Of a stretch of 55,678 bases of DNA, positions 10,181 to 20,212 are shown in pieces. This DNA is from an uncultured Lachnospiraceae bacterium (GTDB lineage: Bacteria; Bacillota; Clostridia; Lachnospirales; Lachnospiraceae). The stretch lies in the NCBI GenBank assembly GCA_947631605.1, contig CANRMC010000001.1:1-55678 (forward strand), given 5' to 3'. Made by a program: the position numbers and the translations under genes. The notes under the pieces are model-generated. The model did not search any database. It was not told the DNA's origin and saw only the letters and a list, made by a program, of their open reading frames with translations. Within the stretch, counting starts at the first letter, position 1; each line of letters begins with the position of its first letter.

Positions 10181-11242
10181 ATGGAAATTAAAAAATTAGA
10201 AATACATTCAGATAAATTTAATGAGATAGTAGAAGATATAAAACAAAGAAATCTTTCTACTAATAATATGCCTAAACTTATCTTAGGGACGGGACTTTCT
10301 ATGACATATGGAGTGCCAGGAATGACAGAATTGGCAAAACATTTAGAAGAAAAAATAGATAAATCCTCTAATAAGCAACTAAAAAGAATTTGGAAAAAAC
10401 GTGTAAATAGTATTTTTACTAATGGTTTAGAGGCTGGTCTGGCAAATTTAGCTGAATCGGAAAGTATTTTAGTAAATAAAATTAAAAATTATACCGCAGA
10501 ATTCATATTAGACAGTGAAGAAAAGTTGCATAAAGAGATTTATGATAAAAATACAGGTTTTTGTAAATTGTTAGAATATTTGAAAAGAACGGTTAGTGTT
10601 AATAAGGGGCTGATAGATATTATGACCCCCAATTATGATCGAATTATTGAAATTGTATGTGACAAATTAAATATTGGAGTAATAACAGGATTTAAGGGAA
10701 ATCTGTTTGCAAAATTTGATAAGAACTTATTAAAACAACCAAAGATATTATATAATTGTAAAAATCAGCTATGGATCAGATTATTTAAACCACACGGTTC
10801 TATTAATTGGATTCATGAATCTGGAAATGAATATTTGAGTAATGATTATAATCTCTTGAGACAAAGAATAGATGCTATCGATATTGTTGCTCCAGGAAGT
10901 TTTAAGTATAAGGAAGGACTAATTAATAATACTTTTCGATGTATGCGAGAAGAGTTTAATGAAGTATTGAATTCGGAAAATAATTATTCGCTTTTCATTT
11001 ATGGTTATGGATTTAATGATGACCACTTTGATACGGCTTTGTTTGATAGTTTTCAAAAAAATGTTCTTATTTTATCAAAATGTGTAAAACCAGAAATAAT
11101 TGACAAAGCATTTGAAAGAAAGAATATTACAATATTTTATCAGGAAAATCAAACAGAGTATATGATTTATAAGTCTCAAAAATTTGAAATTGGTTTATCT
11201 GGTTGGGATATTGATCAGTTTGCAGATTTATTTTTTTGTTAG
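10181..11242 (+). CDS. SIR2-family (SIR2_2) NADase effector of a SIR2-HerA defence system
   Basis: 353 aa. Motifs LGTGLSMTYGVPGM, TPNYDRIIE, KPHGSINW and YGYGFNDDHF. Immediately followed by a HerA-type ATPase gene. Confidence 0.85.
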   Translation: MEIKKLEIHSDKFNEIVEDIKQRNLSTNNMPKLILGTGLSMTYGVPGMTELAKHLEEKIDKSSNKQLKRIWKKRVNSIFTNGLEAGLANLAESESILVNKIKNYTAEFILDSEEKLHKEIYDKNTGFCKLLEYLKRTVSVNKGLIDIMTPNYDRIIEIVCDKLNIGVITGFKGNLFAKFDKNLLKQPKILYNCKNQLWIRLFKPHGSINWIHESGNEYLSNDYNLLRQRIDAIDIVAPGSFKYKEGLINNTFRCMREEFNEVLNSENNYSLFIYGYGFNDDHFDTALFDSFQKNVLILSKCVKPEIIDKAFERKNITIFYQENQTEYMIYKSQKFEIGLSGWDIDQFADLFFC

Positions 11243-11254
11243 AAGGGAGAAAAA

Positions 11255-12978
11255 ATGATAGATAATAATATTAATAAATATCTAGATGATAAGAATTGCA
11301 TTGGAATTGTAGAAAACGTAGATACAAAGAAAATTCATGTTTGTGTTGAAAATGAAGCTGTCTTAAACACTTTAAAGATTAATGACATTGTCATTTTGGC
11401 AGGCAGTCATGCAGATGAAAAACTTATTGGTATTCTTACGAAGGTTACAAAAAAGAAGATTGAGTATGACGAATCAGAAGAAGATGAAATTATAAACTCA
11501 AATAATTATTGCGTCATTAATATAGTTGGCAGTTTTTATAATAAATATGGTGCAGGAAAAGAAAATAGATTTAAAAGAGTTATCAATACATATCCAGAAA
11601 TAAACAGTAAAGTGTATAGAGCAGATGAGATGGCAATGAAGTTAATTATGAATGCTGTTAGTGGTAATGTAGAGGCTGGTAAAAACTTAAAACTCGGATA
11701 TTTTGCAAGCAATAAAGATGTAGATGCAATATTAGATGGGAATCGTTTTTTTCAAAGACATGCTTGTATTGTGGGGAGTACAGGTAGCGGAAAATCTTAT
11801 ACAGTTGCTAATATTTTAGAAAAAGCGGCTCAATTGCCATATGCGAATATGATTGTTTTTGATTTGCACGGAGAATATAATCAGTTGTCTTATGCAGATC
11901 AGATAAAGATTTGTGATGAACCCGGTGGCCTGAATATTCCATTGTGGTTTTTTAATTATGAAGAAATTCATTCACTATTTATTGAATCTTCAGAGGGAAC
12001 CTCAACAAATCAGAGAGCTGCGGTGATTAATTATATATTACAAAATAAAAAAGCATATATTAAGGAGAAAATGTCCGGAATTTCCGAAGAAGTTGTAACA
12101 GCAGACACACAGTTCCTTTTTCTTCAAAAGGATTAATTGAATACTTAGAGGATCAAAATGTATTAGAAATTGATACAGGTGAAATTGTAAAATCTACAGG
12201 ACAGCCAAAAACAAAAAAGGGGCAGTATAATGATAAATTAACTAATTTAATAACTCGCATGAGAACAAAACTAGATGATAAAAAATATGCTTTTATATTT
12301 AATGAAGTTGAAACTATGGAAGCAGATTATCTGAATCAGTTTGCAACTAGGATTATGGGGAGGGATAATGCTAGGATAAAAGTGATTGATTTGTCAGAAG
12401 TTCCATCTGATATGTTAGCAGTTGTAATTGGAATTGTAACTCGAATCGTTTATGAAATACAATTTTGGACGAGTCCATCAAAAGATGAAGTTAGGCATCC
12501 TTTAGTGTTAGTTTGTGACGAAGCTCATATTTATATGCCGAATGATATGTCTAAAATGAAGGCAGTGGAGAAAAGATCTCTTGAAATCTTTGAAAAAATA
12601 GCTAAAGAGGGTAGAAAATATGGAATTGGACTATTGATTGTATCTCAAAGACCAGCGGAACTGAATACCACAATATTTTCACAGTGTAATAATATAGTTA
12701 GTTTGAAAGTAATTAATGATAGGGATAAGTCGGCTGTAGCTGCAATGTTAACAGATTCATTAGTAGGTATTGTGGAAATGTTGCCTAATTTAGATGTAGG
12801 TGAATGTATTGTAGTTGGGGACGCGATCATGCTTCCGTCTAAGATTATTCTTGATGAACCAGATGAAAAACCTAAAAGTGCCACCATTGACTTTTGGGAT
12901 CGATGGTATGATGGTAAACAGACAGCTTTTGATATTGAAAAGGCTACACTTAATTTGATAAAGCAGTCAAGAGGTTAA
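11255..12978 (+). pseudogene. herA: HerA-like (DUF87) hexameric ATPase, split by a frameshift near 12107-12112
   Basis: ORF 11255-12136 carries a HAS-barrel-like N-terminus and Walker A GSTGSGKSYT. ORF 12259-12978 carries Walker B LVLVCDEAH. The second frame is open back to 12064 and reads ...VPFSSKGLIEYLEDQ... straight through the stop of the first ORF. Confidence 0.75.
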
Positions 12979-13044
12979 TTAATAAATAATAGATAATTAA
13001 ATATTATCTTTACACTTTTGAGAATACATAAGGTTGATACAATA

Positions 13045-13923
13045 ATGCAAAAGAATTTATTGAGTGTCATAATTCCAACATATAATCGGCAAATCTCTAT
13101 AGTAGACCGTGCGGTAAAAAGTGTACAAATACAGACATATTCTAATATCGAGATTTTAATTGTCGATGATAATGAGAATAATTCTTCACTTTCATTAATT
13201 ATTAAAAAATATTGCCAAGAAAAGGATATTAAATATATAAAGCAATTTGGAAACAGGGGTGCAAATGTTGCGAGAAATATTGGTGCAGTCAATTCTGAGG
13301 GAGAATATATTGCTTTTCTTGATGATGATGACGAGTGGTTGCCAGACAAAGCTTCAAAACAAATTGCAATGTTGAAAAAAGGATATGGTCTTGTTTTTAG
13401 TAAAGGGGTAAATGTATACACTCACTTACATTATGAAGAATTACCCTATGGTAATAATAGTAATTTTATACAAGAACCCAAATTTGAAGATCTTTTAATT
13501 AAAAATTACATAGGAACCACTTCTCAAATAATGGTAACCAGAGAATGTTTCTTTTCAGTTAATGGCTTTGATCCATCTTTTCCTGCTCGGCAAGATTATG
13601 ACTTTTGTTTACGTGTAAGCAAAAACTATAAACTGTATGGAATAGATCAAATTTTATTTAAACATTATCAGCATTCTCATTATCAAATTTCTCAAAATAT
13701 ACACTTTGCTTTAATCGGGTATTTAAAATTATATATTAAATATAAGCCCTATTATCAAATAAACCCAATAGCATATATTAATATTTGCTGCAAAATTTCA
13801 AAATCTTATTTACACAAAAACAATTATTTTTTATGGGGGTGTTGGATGATAAAAGCATCAATTAAACAACCAAGTAAGTTGAAATATATTATAGATAAAT
13901 GTACAGAAAAAAAAGTACTATAA
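13045..13923 (+). CDS. Family 2 glycosyltransferase (SpsA-like GT-A fold)
   Basis: LLSVIIPTYNR, ILIVDDNEN and DxD in FLDDDDEW. ATG at 13045 preferred over the upstream TTG. Confidence 0.8.
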   Translation: MQKNLLSVIIPTYNRQISIVDRAVKSVQIQTYSNIEILIVDDNENNSSLSLIIKKYCQEKDIKYIKQFGNRGANVARNIGAVNSEGEYIAFLDDDDEWLPDKASKQIAMLKKGYGLVFSKGVNVYTHLHYEELPYGNNSNFIQEPKFEDLLIKNYIGTTSQIMVTRECFFSVNGFDPSFPARQDYDFCLRVSKNYKLYGIDQILFKHYQHSHYQISQNIHFALIGYLKLYIKYKPYYQINPIAYINICCKISKSYLHKNNYFLWGCWMIKASIKQPSKLKYIIDKCTEKKVL

Positions 13924-13937
13924 TCAGGAGGGTTTAA

Positions 13938-16331
13938 ATGAATTTATTAATAATTTCCTTACATGCAGATCCTACACTTCCAGCAGGTATCGGAGAGGGT
14001 GGAGGAACACATAGTTATATTAGAGAACTTCTTACTTATTTTTCAGATAAAGACACCAATATACTATTAATTACAAGAAAGAGTCATACAAATCTTAAAG
14101 ATTATGAGGAAATTTCAGACTCCTGTAAAATACAAAGAATAATTATAAAGAGTGAAAATCCAATTGATAAAAAAGAATTGTATGCACTACACAATACAAG
14201 TTTATTAAAAACAGAACAAGCCTTAATGGAATTAAACTACAAACCCGACTTAATTCATAGTGTTTACTGGAATTCTGGACAGGTGGCTAGAGAACTTAGT
14301 CAAAAATTAAATATTCCTTATGTTCATACAGTTATTTCAAATGGTCTTCGACGTCAAAAAGCTGGACTTGTTGAAGCACTTCCCCAACGTAGTAAAGTTG
14401 AACAGGAAGTATTTTTATCAGCTTCCTATATTTTTTGTATTACTCCTTCCGAACGCGATGATTTAAAAAATTTATATCATATTTCTCCTCAAAAAATAAT
14501 GGTTCTAGGCCGTCCAGTTTCCAATGACTTTTTATATCCTTCTCATGATGATTTCGGTATACCATATCGCTTTTTAGTAAATCAAAAGGATATAAGTACT
14601 AGATCGCATATTAAGTTAGAACACACATTAACATGTATTAAAAATACTGATAAATGGTGGATTAAAAATGCTTTTTTATATTGTGGTAGAATTGCTGAAA
14701 ATAAGGGAGTCGATATTATTTTAAAGGCATGGTGTCGTTTGAAAAATGTATTTAAAGATTTATGTCCTGCACTTTGGATTATTGGTGGAAATCTAGATGA
14801 AATAGAATGTTTAAGAACAAACCTGAATGAGAAATATAATTTAAAGGAATATGAAAAAAATGGAAATATAGTCTGGTGGGGATATTTAGATCAACGGGGA
14901 ATAAGCACATTGATGTTAAAAACACATGCTCTCATTATGCATTCATCTTATGAACCAGGCGGAAGAGTAATTGTTGAAGCATTAGCACTCGGAATCCCTG
15001 TAATTGCTACTCCTTGTGGATTTGGCGCTGATTATATCTACAATTGGTATAATGGTTTTCTAGTTAACTTTGGCGATATTGATTTATTATATCAAACAAT
15101 GTGTTTATTTATTAAGCAACCATATTTATCTAATTCACTTGGTATAAATGCAAAAAAATATATGCATACAGTTCTTGATGAATGGAATTTTTATGAGGCG
15201 CATCAGAAAGTTTATGCTGCGGCATTAAATAGTGTAGAAAAAAATTTTGCTGAAAGCGGATTGATTCATATAGTCAAAGGTTATAAAGACTATATAAATA
15301 TATATCCATACTTTAATGATGTAATTACTATTGGCAATCTCAAATCACTTATAGAATCTTTATATCAAAAAAAAATAATAAAATTAACCCCGATTGATTC
15401 AAATGATGCTGCCACATGGATAGTAAAATTTGAAACATGTGAATATGAAATAAAACAACCTTATACTAGGCTGATTAATACCTCATATTATTTTTTTGAA
15501 GATGAACCTAAATTAGATAAGCGCGCTGATCAATACCTTCGAGAAAAGTATGCAACTAATTTAAAAATCTGTCCTATTCTAAAATATATAGATAATCATT
15601 ATATATACATAAAGAAAACTTATTCATGTCTGAGTTGGAAAGATTTAAAAGATTCAGCAATACAACAAGGAATAAAAAAACTATTATATGAATTTGGTTT
15701 GAATAATGTAGAAGATATACATATCGAAGAATTTCTTTTTGAAAGAAACTGGCGTAAATATAATATAGATGAGATTAAGGATACATATAAAAAATATAAT
15801 AAAAAAGCTCCTGAATTTTTTTATCCCAGCCATAATATTAATTATAGTCTATCAATTCGTCAATTGGATTTTTTTATAAATGATTTATATAATAACACAA
15901 CTGAAAAGATTATATCATTGTATAACAAAGCCTTGGATTATCTATATTCAATAGCAAATAAATATAAAACGCAGTATGGGATTTGTCTTGCAAATTGTTC
16001 TATAGATAATATTGTATTTGATGATATAAATTGTGTATATATGTTTAAAAGTGCTGTGAGTCTATATAGAGGGGATATTGTAAGAATGACGGCAGACTTT
16101 CTACACAGTTATCTTTTAGCCATCCCTACTCCGCATAGGAACTATAATTTTATTGAAAATTGCATAAATGGTTTTATCTCAGAGGATAATAAGGAACTAT
16201 GTATTGGATGGATTTTTATTATTGCATTTGAAAAATCAATCTTCTATTTAAATACAGTTCAATATGACAAATACCAAGAAGAGATCAACTTTTTATCTCA
16301 GTTTTCGGAAAAATATATTGATATAAGATGA
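13938..16331 (+). CDS. GT4 (GT-B) glycosyltransferase fused to a C-terminal CotS/APH-like kinase-fold domain
   Basis: 797 aa with RBS AGGAGG. N-terminal ISLHADPTLPAGIGEGGGTHSYIRELL (MshA/SPS-like) and E-x7-E region SSYEPGGRVIVEALALGIPVI. The C-terminal ~360 aa has a kinase-like pattern: WIVKF..YEIKQ, LANCSIDNIVFD, FKSAVSLYRGDIVRMTADFL. Confidence 0.7.
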   Translation: MNLLIISLHADPTLPAGIGEGGGTHSYIRELLTYFSDKDTNILLITRKSHTNLKDYEEISDSCKIQRIIIKSENPIDKKELYALHNTSLLKTEQALMELNYKPDLIHSVYWNSGQVARELSQKLNIPYVHTVISNGLRRQKAGLVEALPQRSKVEQEVFLSASYIFCITPSERDDLKNLYHISPQKIMVLGRPVSNDFLYPSHDDFGIPYRFLVNQKDISTRSHIKLEHTLTCIKNTDKWWIKNAFLYCGRIAENKGVDIILKAWCRLKNVFKDLCPALWIIGGNLDEIECLRTNLNEKYNLKEYEKNGNIVWWGYLDQRGISTLMLKTHALIMHSSYEPGGRVIVEALALGIPVIATPCGFGADYIYNWYNGFLVNFGDIDLLYQTMCLFIKQPYLSNSLGINAKKYMHTVLDEWNFYEAHQKVYAAALNSVEKNFAESGLIHIVKGYKDYINIYPYFNDVITIGNLKSLIESLYQKKIIKLTPIDSNDAATWIVKFETCEYEIKQPYTRLINTSYYFFEDEPKLDKRADQYLREKYATNLKICPILKYIDNHYIYIKKTYSCLSWKDLKDSAIQQGIKKLLYEFGLNNVEDIHIEEFLFERNWRKYNIDEIKDTYKKYNKKAPEFFYPSHNINYSLSIRQLDFFINDLYNNTTEKIISLYNKALDYLYSIANKYKTQYGICLANCSIDNIVFDDINCVYMFKSAVSLYRGDIVRMTADFLHSYLLAIPTPHRNYNFIENCINGFISEDNKELCIGWIFIIAFEKSIFYLNTVQYDKYQEEINFLSQFSEKYIDIR

Positions 16332-16585
16332 GATGTTATTTAATATCAAAATAGATGATTAACTATAGCATTTACTAAGACTATTTCGATTTAGAACAAG
16401 CCATAAAAATAATTCAAGCAAAATAATTAGATTCTAGATAGGAGCTTTACTTCAGTTTCGATTTCTGTTTGTATGATCAGCATATATTTATTTTGCACTT
16501 TAATTATAATTTATCCACATAAATGATTATATAAAGTACTGCTTTCTGATAAAACATTCATTTTTTGTAACATCTCTTACTATAA

Positions 16586-19500
16586 CTATCGTGTTAGAGT
16601 TATTATATCTTTATGAATAATACAGGTATCTAAAAACACATCAACAGGATATATCCCTTCAATAAATTGTTTAACATGTGGTTTTAAAGATTTTATCTGA
16701 ACTTTGCTAATTATTTTATCAATTACCTCGATTTGATTTAATTTATATGCATATTTTATGAGCACTAATAATGCTATATATTCACGATACTTATTATAAA
16801 CTTTTGTGTTTTCAATTTGCTCAAATAAAACACTATATATATTGATTATCTGCTCGCTTGCAATAGAGAGTTCTAATATAGCTTCATCCTCCTTTTTTAA
16901 TTCAGAAAGAAGACCAATATAATTTATTTTTGCAATAACACTGTTCATTTGATTATTCCCTAATCCAAAGTAAAATTGAGAATCCTTAAAAGACTTTTCT
17001 GCCGATGTCAAATCATTCTTTATCCAGTAATATAACCCCTCAATATTATATAATCTTCCCTCTTCTGCATACAATGTATTTGATTGCAGATATTCTAATA
17101 CTTGCAAGTATTCATTCTCAAAATTTACCCAGTCCTCTAAAAGAAGATAACAATTCATAATATCAACATATGCATGTCCTATTTTTTTATTATACTTTTT
17201 TGAAATTCCCGAATATTTAATGATATTTCTATAAAAAGGCAATGCTTTATCCGGTTTTGAATTAAGATATTTAGCAGCCTCATGTGACTGGTATTCAATA
17301 TCTAGTTCTATAGAATTTGAAAGAACTTTTTTCTCACTCTTTAAAAAATCAATGGCACTATTAAGTGATACATATTTTTTCTCAATAAGAGCATATTCAT
17401 AACATATCGTAGTATATAATTCTGTAGATATTTTATTGTAGTTACGTTTAGCATATGCTAACATATCTTTTGCCAATTTATATTGATTTAGTGAATTTGC
17501 ATATCTTGACATATATAGTTTTTCTAATGTCAATATAAATATCTCGCAATCAGCTTTTGTTCTTTTTTTTTCTATATTTATTTGATGTTGAAATTGTTCA
17601 AATAATTTTTTGCAAGATTCTCCTTGACCTATTTTCTCATATGCAAATAATTCATAGAACATAATTATCAGTAACTGATGTTGATTTTGTACTTGCATTT
17701 TCCCAAAATATTTCCTGCAAAGGGATAAATACTTTATGCATTTTACATACTCACCAATTTCAAAAAAATCTTTTCCAATTTGAAAAGCTACGTCATTGAA
17801 CTTTTCCCATTTTTTCATTATGATTAGCAAATCAGCTTTTTTACATCGCACATAAGTCTTATCTTCTATTACATCGAGTGCTGCATATATTTTTTGTGCA
17901 GCACAAAATTGATATGCTGAAAGACTTGTATTAGAAAGTGCAGTTAATACAAGCTCATGATTTGTATTGATTCCAGTTGAATTTTGTATGAATAATCCAG
18001 TATCAATCAAATATTGAATTATTTTTTGAATAGAGTATTCTCCATATATTTTTTGAAGCAAAGAATAATTGATTGTCCCATCTAATAATACAGCGATTTC
18101 AAATAATTCAATAATAGTATCTTGAAATTCTGTTATATTCCATTGATAATAATGAATGATATCTTCAATGATTCTTATATTTTGATCTGGAGTTATTCCA
18201 CTAAAAAAAACATCTGGTTTTGCTACTGTATAGTAAGTTTGCTTTGAACTTGATAAAACTATATTATTTATAATAAGCCAATTAACAGCATATTTTAAAA
18301 AAATAGGTTTTAACCCAATGTATTTTATAATGTATTGGTAATAATCATCAGTTAAACTAGGAAGATTTTCAGATAAATAATCTTTTGCATCCCGCATTTC
18401 AAAATCATGTAATTTATATATGTGTCCATGTTGACCTAAATGTAAAATTGCTTGCTGACCAGTAAGCCAATCATTTCTTGCCTTTTTCTTTGCATTATTT
18501 TCAGCTAATTCTATTATAATACCAACATTATTCTGAATTAGACATCTAATCAAAGCTATAACAAAGTCAAAAATAGGCTGTTCTAAGTATTGAAGATTTT
18601 CAAATGCCAATACAGTGCGATTTTTCCCTTTTCTATTTTTTAAAATAGTATTTAGATACCTTAATAAATATGTTATATATAAATCGCTTTGTTCTTTAAG
18701 AATGTCATTTGATAAAAGAAATAATTCACGAATAGTTTCTTTTATAGTTGAATCAACTATAGTATCCTCCGTAATGCAAATTAGATCAATGAATTCCACA
18801 ATATTCTGTGGTGTATAAATTTTCAAAGGATCTATTCCCCATAAAGATTTTAAAACCCATAGAAAAATATTTCTTATTGATAAGGAATCTTCATTGGCAC
18901 CATCCAGTATATTAAATAAAAAATCTTTTTGTTGGAGTTCATATCCTACATTTGTTATAATAGTAGATTTTCCAGTTCCAGTAGGTCCTTGTAATATTAC
19001 CAACCTATCAGGCGAATATACTTTACATAATAATTGGACGATTTTTTCTTTAGTTTCTTTTGCAGTAATGCCAAATAATTTTTCTGGTTTAAAATGTATG
19101 TAATCCAATAGTATATTTTCAGTAATTTCTTTTTCATTATTATTGTCATTAATACACGCAAAACGATCCTTGTTGTTTGCCTTATTATTTTTAATTGATG
19201 AAATCAATTCTGAAATAAAGACCCTTTTATAAGATTTAATACTTTTTCTTTCTAACCAATCCAGTAAATAATTCCCATCTATAAGAATGATTTTCAAGTT
19301 TACTTTATTAGAAAATGTTTCTGTGATTTTTCGTGTTGCATTAGTAAAATTCATATTAGAAACTACATATAAGATATTTGCAGAATAATTATAGGCAGCA
19401 ATTATAGAAGCAGCAAAATCGTGGATAGTAATATTTGTATCTGTACGTAATTTTGCTTCTATTAAACTTAATACCTCATGTATAATAGGAGAGTCATTCT

Positions 19501-19657
19501 TTGTTAAGTTAATACTTAAACTACCATCATATCCACCATCATTTATAAAAGATGTATGAATACATTTTGCCGAAGAATCTTTGTATTGATCATGTATATA
19601 TTCTAATGACAATAATTCAAAATCCTTCCAAAACTTTTGAGCAAAATTATTTTTCAT
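16586..19657 (-). CDS. Mrr-like PD-(D/E)xK nuclease + P-loop STAND-type NTPase + TPR/helical repeat protein (Avs-like single-gene defence candidate)
   Basis: 1023 aa with RBS AAGGAG. N-terminal ~140 aa match the Mrr_cat pattern (FE..., DGGYDGS, LIEAKLR, ILIDGNYLLDWL). Walker A LQGPTGTGKST at 18962-18988. Long alpha-helical, Tyr/Leu-rich repeat C-terminus. Confidence 0.7.
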   Translation of the reverse strand: MKNNFAQKFWKDFELLSLEYIHDQYKDSSAKCIHTSFINDGGYDGSLSINLTKNDSPIIHEVLSLIEAKLRTDTNITIHDFAASIIAAYNYSANILYVVSNMNFTNATRKITETFSNKVNLKIILIDGNYLLDWLERKSIKSYKRVFISELISSIKNNKANNKDRFACINDNNNEKEITENILLDYIHFKPEKLFGITAKETKEKIVQLLCKVYSPDRLVILQGPTGTGKSTIITNVGYELQQKDFLFNILDGANEDSLSIRNIFLWVLKSLWGIDPLKIYTPQNIVEFIDLICITEDTIVDSTIKETIRELFLLSNDILKEQSDLYITYLLRYLNTILKNRKGKNRTVLAFENLQYLEQPIFDFVIALIRCLIQNNVGIIIELAENNAKKKARNDWLTGQQAILHLGQHGHIYKLHDFEMRDAKDYLSENLPSLTDDYYQYIIKYIGLKPIFLKYAVNWLIINNIVLSSSKQTYYTVAKPDVFFSGITPDQNIRIIEDIIHYYQWNITEFQDTIIELFEIAVLLDGTINYSLLQKIYGEYSIQKIIQYLIDTGLFIQNSTGINTNHELVLTALSNTSLSAYQFCAAQKIYAALDVIEDKTYVRCKKADLLIIMKKWEKFNDVAFQIGKDFFEIGEYVKCIKYLSLCRKYFGKMQVQNQHQLLIIMFYELFAYEKIGQGESCKKLFEQFQHQINIEKKRTKADCEIFILTLEKLYMSRYANSLNQYKLAKDMLAYAKRNYNKISTELYTTICYEYALIEKKYVSLNSAIDFLKSEKKVLSNSIELDIEYQSHEAAKYLNSKPDKALPFYRNIIKYSGISKKYNKKIGHAYVDIMNCYLLLEDWVNFENEYLQVLEYLQSNTLYAEEGRLYNIEGLYYWIKNDLTSAEKSFKDSQFYFGLGNNQMNSVIAKINYIGLLSELKKEDEAILELSIASEQIINIYSVLFEQIENTKVYNKYREYIALLVLIKYAYKLNQIEVIDKIISKVQIKSLKPHVKQFIEGIYPVDVFLDTCIIHKDIITLTR

Positions 19658-19685
19658 TTAAAATTTCTCCTTGCAGAATTATTGT

Positions 19686-19706
19686 TGGATAATATTTAAT
19701 TATCCA
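19686..19706. promoter_or_regulatory. Perfect palindrome upstream of the STAND gene (candidate operator)
   Basis: TGGATAAT-ATTTA-ATTATCCA, 29-49 nt upstream of the ATG at 19657. Confidence 0.3.
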
Positions 19707-19742
19707 TCTCCAAAAGACGACTTTTAAATCCATAGGGGAAAA

Positions 19743-20212
19743 TTGCCTAGTTCACCTCGACAAGGTTATATTCTTGTGGGTGAATGTTCCGAGTGAGTCT
19801 AGGCAACGAGGAAGTAAATAACTATACAGTAAGTGTGTCTATCGTGAGATGAAATTTGAAGGAAGGTTTAGGTAAGAACTTAGTTTGTTGGAGTAATACA
19901 GTTAGAAGGCTGGAAAATATGGATAAGTCTGTGATAAGAGCTGAAGTCTAAAAGTTATAGAAGTATCAGTAAATGTGGTAAATAAATGTGAGGAAAGAGT
20001 TTTCACCTTAAGGGGAGGGAGAGGTTTAGAGGCGATAAAAGCAGAGGGGAGAGAAGGAAACAACACATAGACACAAGTAGTTTTATGGAACAGATAATTG
20101 TGGACTGAGGTATGCACGACTGATCAATAATAGTTGCTATAGAAGGCGATAAGCAACAAGAGATTAGCCACCTTTGGACTAATCTCTATATTATTACTAC
20201 ACTAAAAAGGTG
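19743..20212 (+). ncRNA. Candidate structured non-coding RNA (family unknown; strand tentative)
   Basis: ~650-nt ORF-poor gap, purine-rich on the + strand and visibly higher in GC than the flanking island genes. Nested hairpin at 19743-19806, hairpin at 20133-20157, hairpin at 20159-20187. The loop CACCTTT of the last hairpin is complementary to AAAGGTG at 20206-20212. Confidence 0.3.

Noticed and set aside
19902-20117. 71-aa minus-strand ORF in the non-coding region
   Set aside because: It is a low-complexity Ser/Thr/Pro/Phe-rich peptide with no RBS. It is the antisense of a purine-rich tract.
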